DNA of 64,000 bases, from positions 1-64,000 of IMG/VR virus record IMGVR_UViG_3300035670_000135, one strand, 5' to 3'. Below are positions 58,783-64,000 of this stretch, one piece after another. The position numbers and the translations under genes are program-made. The first letter of the stretch is position 1, and each line of letters opens with the position of its first letter. The stretch is from an uncultured virus (IMG/VR IMGVR_UViG_3300035670_000135). Taxonomy: Duplodnaviria; Heunggongvirae; Uroviricota; Caudoviricetes. The notes under the pieces are model-generated. The model was not told the DNA's origin. It made no database searches and saw nothing but the letters and a program-made list of their open reading frames with translations.

Positions 58783-59319
58783 ATGGACATTGAATTAGCT
58801 GATCATTTTGATCGAATGAATAAGGTTGTTGAGGAATTACTTAAGGGAAATAACCCTACCCAGATTGCCGCCCTGACGGGTTTTAAGCGGGCAGAAGTGT
58901 TAGGGTATATAGATGAGTGGAAAGAGGTCGTTAAAAACGATTCTGGGGCCCGTGAAAGGGCAAAACAGGCCATCTCTGGAGCAGACCAACACTACGCTAT
59001 GCTTATTAAAGAGGCGTGGAAGACCGTAGAGGACGCAGATCAAGCAGGTCAATTAAACGTCAAGGCTACCGCCCTAAAATTAATTGCAGATATTGAAGGC
59101 AAAAGAATTGGCATGTTGCAAGAGGTTGGTCTATTGGACAATGTGGAATTGGCAAATCAAATTGCGGAGACGGAACGAAAGCAAGAAATTTTGGTTGGTA
59201 TACTAAAGGATGTCTCAGCAGAATATCCGCAAGTAAGAAAAGAAATTATGCGTAGACTTGCACAGATAACTGGAGTTGTAGAACCTATAGAGATAATTGA
59301 GGAAGCTAGTGGATCTTGA
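58783..59319 (+). CDS. Terminase small subunit (putative)
   Basis: N-terminal HTH (GNNPTQIAALTGFKRAEV) plus helical body; directly upstream of TerL. Confidence 0.7.
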   Translation: MDIELADHFDRMNKVVEELLKGNNPTQIAALTGFKRAEVLGYIDEWKEVVKNDSGARERAKQAISGADQHYAMLIKEAWKTVEDADQAGQLNVKATALKLIADIEGKRIGMLQEVGLLDNVELANQIAETERKQEILVGILKDVSAEYPQVRKEIMRRLAQITGVVEPIEIIEEASGS

Positions 59320-61099
59320 TTTTTCAGATCTCATTGATATCCTAGACGGAGAGGAATTTGATGAAAGACCAGTCGACTTACGAACATTTGTCACAGGAGC
59401 AAATTACCTTGGACTCCCGCCACTTTCGGAGTACCAACATACGCTCATCGAAAAAAGCTCTCAGATCTATAAAGAATCCACTCTTATTAAATTATTTGGA
59501 GAAGAAGAAGGCCGACGTCGCTTTAAGCAAACCTGTAACGAAGTAATTGCACAACTAGGAAAAGGTAGCGGCAAAGATTACTGCTCAACAATTGCAGTAT
59601 CTTACATGGTTTATCTCTTGCTTTGCCTGAAAGATCCAGCAACATATTATGGTAAACCCCCTGGAGATTCCATAGATATTCTTAACATTGCTATTAACGC
59701 ACAGCAAGCAAACAATGTTTTCTTTAAAGGATTCAAAACAAGAATAGAAAGATCACCTTGGTTTATTGGTAAGTATGAAGCAAAGGCTTCTGAGATGAAA
59801 TTTAATAAGGCAATAACTGTTCACTCTGGTCACTCTGAGCGTGAGGCGTGGGAAGGGTATAACGTAATAGCAGTTATCCTTGATGAAATTTCAGGCTTTG
59901 CCACAGAGAATACGACGGGGCATGACCAAGCAAAAACAGCAGATGCAATATACGATATGTATAGAGGATCTGTAGTTTCACGTTTTCCAGACTACGGTAA
60001 GGTTATTCTTTTGTCCTTTCCCCGTTTTAAGAATGATCCAATACAAAAGTTCTATGATTCTGTTATAGCTGAAAAAGAAGTAATCGTAAGAAATAAAGTC
60101 TTGAAGATGGACGAAGGACTACCAGACGGTACAGAGGGAAATGAAATTGAGGTGGAGTGGGAGGAAGATAATATTATCTCCTACAAGATACCTAAAGTTT
60201 ATGCATTGAAAAGACCTACGTGGGAAGTCAATCCAACTAAAACAATAGATAACTTCAAAGTAGAATTTTATAAGAACATGCCAGATGCCATGGGAAGATT
60301 TGCATGTATGCCATCAGAAGCAATTGATGCATTTTTTAAATCTCGTGAGAAGGTTGAGCGGGCATTTAATAATATGTCCTTAGCCGTAGATAATTTTGGT
60401 AGATTTGAAAACTGGTTTTCGCCAGACCCAGATAAAGAATATTTTATACATGTAGATCTTGCTCAAAAGCATGACCATTGTGCTGTGGCTATGGCACATG
60501 TTCAGAAATGGGTTAATGTTAAAGTGACCGATACTTATTCACAGCCCGCTCCAATTGTAGAAGTTGACGCAGTAAGATACTGGACACCAACTTCAGATAA
60601 ATCTGTAGACTTTACAGAAGTTAAAGACTATATATTATCTTTAAGAACAAAAGGATTTAAGATTCGTGTTTGTACATTTGACCGTTGGAATTCTCATGAC
60701 ATGATGCAACAACTTAAACAATATGGTATTAATACAGAAACTTTGTCTGTAGCTAAAAAACATTATGATGATATGGCAATGGTTATAGCTGAAGATAGGT
60801 TGAGCGGGCCACACATCAAGCTTTTAATTGATGAGCTCCTACAACTTAGAATTATGAGGGACAGGGTAGACCATCCAAGAAAAGGATCAAAAGACTTGGC
60901 GGATGCAGTTTGTGGGTCTATATATAATGCTATAAGTAGAACTAGATTTGAAAGTAATGAAGAAATTGATGTGCATACCTACGACTCATTAATGCGTAGG
61001 CCATCAAAAGAGCAAGATGAAATTGTATTAAATATGGTTAGGCCGCCAAGAATGCCTTCAAAATTGGCAGACGCTTTAGAGGGTATGGAGATACTATGA
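59297..61099 (+). CDS. Terminase large subunit
   Basis: GKGSGKD Walker A, VILDE Walker B, HVDLA and TFDRWNS nuclease motifs, DH...SKDLADA. Confidence 0.93.
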   Translation: MRKLVDLDFSDLIDILDGEEFDERPVDLRTFVTGANYLGLPPLSEYQHTLIEKSSQIYKESTLIKLFGEEEGRRRFKQTCNEVIAQLGKGSGKDYCSTIAVSYMVYLLLCLKDPATYYGKPPGDSIDILNIAINAQQANNVFFKGFKTRIERSPWFIGKYEAKASEMKFNKAITVHSGHSEREAWEGYNVIAVILDEISGFATENTTGHDQAKTADAIYDMYRGSVVSRFPDYGKVILLSFPRFKNDPIQKFYDSVIAEKEVIVRNKVLKMDEGLPDGTEGNEIEVEWEEDNIISYKIPKVYALKRPTWEVNPTKTIDNFKVEFYKNMPDAMGRFACMPSEAIDAFFKSREKVERAFNNMSLAVDNFGRFENWFSPDPDKEYFIHVDLAQKHDHCAVAMAHVQKWVNVKVTDTYSQPAPIVEVDAVRYWTPTSDKSVDFTEVKDYILSLRTKGFKIRVCTFDRWNSHDMMQQLKQYGINTETLSVAKKHYDDMAMVIAEDRLSGPHIKLLIDELLQLRIMRDRVDHPRKGSKDLADAVCGSIYNAISRTRFESNEEIDVHTYDSLMRRPSKEQDEIVLNMVRPPRMPSKLADALEGMEIL

Positions 61100-61347
61100 G
61101 CATATATCAAGAAAGAGCAAAAGAATGTAAGTGTTGTGGTAAGCATGTGCCCCTTCCTACTGTACTAAAAGAGTATGAGGGAAACACGTTATGCCCAACA
61201 ACATTCTCAAATGTGATAGAATATAAGAGACTGTGGAAATCTCTTGGATCGAGGCCACCTGGTAGTATCAGAAAGCATTTTTCTGACTATGTTCAGCAGT
61301 TAGTGGAAACGACCATTGACAAAAACGAGGACGGGACTATACAATAG
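61096..61347 (+). CDS. Hypothetical Cys-containing protein
   Basis: CKCCG...LCPT; ATGA overlap. Confidence 0.65.
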   Translation: MSIYQERAKECKCCGKHVPLPTVLKEYEGNTLCPTTFSNVIEYKRLWKSLGSRPPGSIRKHFSDYVQQLVETTIDKNEDGTIQ

Positions 61348-61367
61348 TCTTATCCAAAAGGATAAAA

Positions 61368-61685
61368 ATGGACGAGGATAGAGAAGACGAAATGCAGTTG
61401 GAACATTATCTAGAAATTGGTGCCATCAGTTTAGCAGGCATGGACGAAAATGGAGAAATTATTTACGCCATTGAGGATAAGGCAAAAGAAATTGCACCAG
61501 AACTTTGGGAAGCCCACATTAGATATGTAGACGAATCTCTTATGCAGCTTTACGAAAAAGGTTTATTGCAAGTAGAATATGATGAGAATCTTGAAGCTAT
61601 GCTTCACATCAGTCCAGAAGGACAAAAGATCGCAAAAGAAATGGGGCTGATAGAAATGAATCTACCAGAACCCCCTAACAATTAG
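61368..61685 (+). CDS. Hypothetical acidic protein
   Basis: SD AAGGA; 105 aa. Confidence 0.7.
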   Translation: MDEDREDEMQLEHYLEIGAISLAGMDENGEIIYAIEDKAKEIAPELWEAHIRYVDESLMQLYEKGLLQVEYDENLEAMLHISPEGQKIAKEMGLIEMNLPEPPNN

Positions 61686-61694
61686 GAGAATAAA

Positions 61695-61877
61695 ATGCCT
61701 TGGGAAATTAAACAAAACTTTGCAGGATGCAAAGGATATGCTGTAGTAAAGCAGGGATCAAACGAATTAGTAGGATGTCATGCAGGAAAATCAGCAGCCT
61801 CTGCCCAACTAAGGGCCTTATATGCCTCAGAGGCGGATGAGAAAAAGATGCACGACAAGAAGAAGAAAATTTACTAG
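61695..61877 (+). CDS. Small phage protein
   Basis: MPWEI...C.GYAVVK...VGCH...AQLRALYASE; SD AGGAG. Confidence 0.7.
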   Translation: MPWEIKQNFAGCKGYAVVKQGSNELVGCHAGKSAASAQLRALYASEADEKKMHDKKKKIY

Positions 61878-61903
61878 ACTTAAAAAATCTAATTTGCTAT
61901 AAT
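61875..61903 (+). promoter_or_regulatory. hsp20 promoter
   Basis: TAGACT-17 nt-TATAAT with TG extension. Confidence 0.7.
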
Positions 61904-61907
61904 ATAT

Positions 61908-61965
61908 GTGGGTCGCCAATAGGGGCCCACATATTAATTTATTCGCTTAAAGGAGGAATAAAATG
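61908..61965 (+). ncRNA. Putative ROSE-like RNA thermometer (hsp20 5' UTR)
   Basis: Two hairpins; in the second, UUUAUUCGCUU pairs with GAGGAAUAAA (SD) with a bulged G, matching the ROSE U(U/C)GCU motif. Confidence 0.65.
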
Positions 61966-62382
61966 GTAACAACATTTGCTATGGATCTTTTTAGAGATCC
62001 ATTTTTTATTGGCTTCAATCGTGAAGTAGAAAGACTAAACAATATCCATCGTGAGGCTACGGCCCAGTCTTTCCCGCCATACAATATTGTCAAGGTAGAT
62101 GAAGATTCATATCGTGTATCTTTGGCGGTGGCAGGATTTGATAAGAAGGATATTGAGGTCTCAGTAGATAATCAGACTCTTATTGTTAAGGGTGAAGTTA
62201 CTACAGAAGAGACTGGAGAAGTTCTTCACAAAGGAATTGCCGCCCGTAAATTTACACGCACATTTGCGCTTGGTGAATATATGGAGGTAGTCGGAGCGGA
62301 ATTTAAAAATGGCATGCTACACATTGATGTAGATCGTCTAATTCCAGAAGACAAAAAGCCAAAGACAATCAAGGTCAAATAA
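61963..62382 (+). CDS. hsp20: Small heat-shock protein (Hsp20/IbpA-like)
   Basis: FPPYNI, LAVAGF, LHKGIAARKFTRTF, NGMLHI, KPKTIKV. Confidence 0.95.
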   Translation: MVTTFAMDLFRDPFFIGFNREVERLNNIHREATAQSFPPYNIVKVDEDSYRVSLAVAGFDKKDIEVSVDNQTLIVKGEVTTEETGEVLHKGIAARKFTRTFALGEYMEVVGAEFKNGMLHIDVDRLIPEDKKPKTIKVK

Positions 62383-62437
62383 GGTATAATGGTTCTGTCC
62401 ATGTAGATGGACACGGGCCGAATAGTTACGCCTTAGG

Positions 62438-62467
62438 ATACACCTGAGCATGTGTATAAACTGCTCA
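62438..62467 (+). ncRNA. Putative H-type RNA pseudoknot in the leader of the FmdB-like gene
   Basis: S1 ATACAC/GTGTAT, S2 TGAGCA/TGCTCA, loops of 1, 1 and 4 nt. Confidence 0.6.
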
Positions 62468-62486
62468 TTAAAATTTAGGAGAGACA

Positions 62487-62669
62487 GTGCCAGTTTACGA
62501 ATATAAATGTGTTCTATGTGAACATGTTAAGGAAGTTACCAAGTCAATCAATGACGCATCAGTTGTTGAGCTTTGCTCCAATTGTGGTTCTGCAATGATC
62601 AAGCAGTTTGGCACATTTGGTATTCAGTTTAAAGGTTCTGGCTTTTACAAAACAGATAACGCTAAGTAG
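62487..62669 (+). CDS. FmdB-family zinc-ribbon protein
   Basis: MPVYEYKCVLC...CSNCG...FKGSGFYKTD. Confidence 0.88.
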   Translation: MPVYEYKCVLCEHVKEVTKSINDASVVELCSNCGSAMIKQFGTFGIQFKGSGFYKTDNAK

Positions 62670-62718
62670 TTCAATGTTATAATTAACTTGTTATAAGATT
62701 TATAACAAGGAGTTATAG

Positions 62719-64000
62719 TTGACTAGGACAAAAGCATGGAGATTATCATTAGCCTTTATATTAGGGTTTGGATGGCTATTTTTAACTCCTGCTCAAAGTA
62801 ATTTAGATCCACTGTCTGCCGCCGCTGCAGAGATACAAGAATTAAATGCCAGCGTACCAGACTTAAACTATAAAACAGAATTTCAATCATTAATTGATGT
62901 AGCAGAATCTGATTATGATGCTGCTGTTTCGGCAAAAGAAGACATGGACCAAGCTTCAGATGAATATGATCAGGCGGTAGAAACAGAGGCGGCTAAGCTT
63001 GAAGAAGTTAATATAGCACAATCAGAAGTAGATGGTCAAACAGTCACAGTTGAAGTAGCATTACAAGATAAAAATGATGCCCTACAAGACAAGAATGATG
63101 CTCAAGATGCTCTAGATGTAGCAAATATAAATTTACAGACCGCTCAAATAACAATAAATAGTGCTGGTAATCAGGGATGGCAATTTTCCGCATATACTTT
63201 AAATGGGGATAGAACTGCTGGGTCTTTATATTGTACTGGCGTAATTACCCAAGCCTACAAAAATATGCCAGTATGCGGTAGATATGAAAATCTGTTTGTA
63301 GTTTTTAGTGGAAAAGTAACAGCTCCAGAAGGAGTTAATCAGGTCTCATTTGCAGGGTACACAGATGATGGGTTTAGAATGTATGTAGATGGATCACTTG
63401 TAATTAATCAATGGCAGGAGCAAGGTTCTACTTGGAGTCCATATTACTACCACACCTTTACAGCAGAAGATAGAGTTATAGATGTTGTATTTCATTATTA
63501 TAATGGCGGCGGCCCAGGAGTATTTCATGTTGGCTGGGGCCATAGTGGAATATGGACTGGGGTTTCATCTTCTGCAATGTCATATGGGCAAGGAGCAACA
63601 CAGGCTCAGATAGATGCTTATAGTCAGGCGGTGGAAGAACAACAGGTAGCACAATCAAATTACAATCAGATGCTTGCTATATATAACAACAAGCTATCTT
63701 ATTATAATGAGCAGAATAATATATTGAATACATATAATCAAACTTTAAATACAAAAACTAATGAATATAATACTGCTGTATCAAATACCGCAAGTGCTTT
63801 ACAAAATAAAGAAGATAAAGAAGATGCCTATGACCAATCAATAATAGATGTAAATGATTCTATTGTTTCCGCCTGGGAATATTATAATAAACAATTGGCT
63901 ACAGAATTAGCTGCCGCTATAGCACAAGCATTAGCAAACCAACCACAGCCTGAGCCAACTCTTGAACCCACACCAGAGCCCACACCGCAGACAAGCCCAG
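62719..64000 (+). CDS. Secreted coiled-coil protein with PA14-like domain and Pro-rich linker (3'-truncated; not in ORF track)
   Basis: TTG start after AAGGAG; signal peptide MTRTKAWRLSLAFILGFGWLFLTPAQS; FAGYTDDGFRMYVDG...YYNGGGPG (PA14); PEPT repeats; open to the window end. Confidence 0.8.
   Translation, partial: MTRTKAWRLSLAFILGFGWLFLTPAQSNLDPLSAAAAEIQELNASVPDLNYKTEFQSLIDVAESDYDAAVSAKEDMDQASDEYDQAVETEAAKLEEVNIAQSEVDGQTVTVEVALQDKNDALQDKNDAQDALDVANINLQTAQITINSAGNQGWQFSAYTLNGDRTAGSLYCTGVITQAYKNMPVCGRYENLFVVFSGKVTAPEGVNQVSFAGYTDDGFRMYVDGSLVINQWQEQGSTWSPYYYHTFTAEDRVIDVVFHYYNGGGPGVFHVGWGHSGIWTGVSSSAMSYGQGATQAQIDAYSQAVEEQQVAQSNYNQMLAIYNNKLSYYNEQNNILNTYNQTLNTKTNEYNTAVSNTASALQNKEDKEDAYDQSIIDVNDSIVSAWEYYNKQLATELAAAIAQALANQPQPEPTLEPTPEPTPQTSP

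Noticed and set aside
46147..61099. Inteins or introns in DnaB, DnaE, RecA or TerL
   Set aside because: Lengths are normal, motifs are contiguous, and no splice-junction or homing endonuclease motifs were seen.

Overview
The whole window is one tailed dsDNA phage genome segment (Caudoviricetes, siphovirus-type tail), AT-rich, with essentially every real gene on the + strand. Layout: (1) 1-18.7 kb, a variable array of fibre/adhesin genes each followed by a small partner gene, interleaved with a sulfotransferase fusion, a GT4 glycosyltransferase and collagen-like fibres; (2) 18.8-44 kb, the head-neck-tail module (portal, HK97-type protease/scaffold, major capsid, neck, major tail, frameshifted tail chaperones, 2355-aa tape measure, minor tail proteins, S74-chaperone fibre); (3) 44.1-57 kb, replication/recombination (phosphoesterase, DnaB, DnaG, SSB, DnaE, MazG-like, RecA, Cas4-like, RuvC-like); (4) 57-61 kb, a GT32 / nucleotidyltransferase / DUF1599-like trio followed by small and large terminase; (5) 61-64 kb, Hsp20, an FmdB-type Zn ribbon and a secreted PA14-like protein. 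Gene content and many leaderless sigma70/SigA-type promoters suggest, by inference, a low-GC actinobacterial host. The most notable observations are a ROSE-like RNA thermometer in front of hsp20, a tape measure protein divided by about 12 'xxGG' motifs around possible cargo domains, a possible virion sulfation/glycosylation cassette with a remnant APS-kinase-like gene, a sugar-transfer trio next to terminase, and an H-type pseudoknot after hsp20. All family assignments are from motif recognition by eye; no database searches were run.
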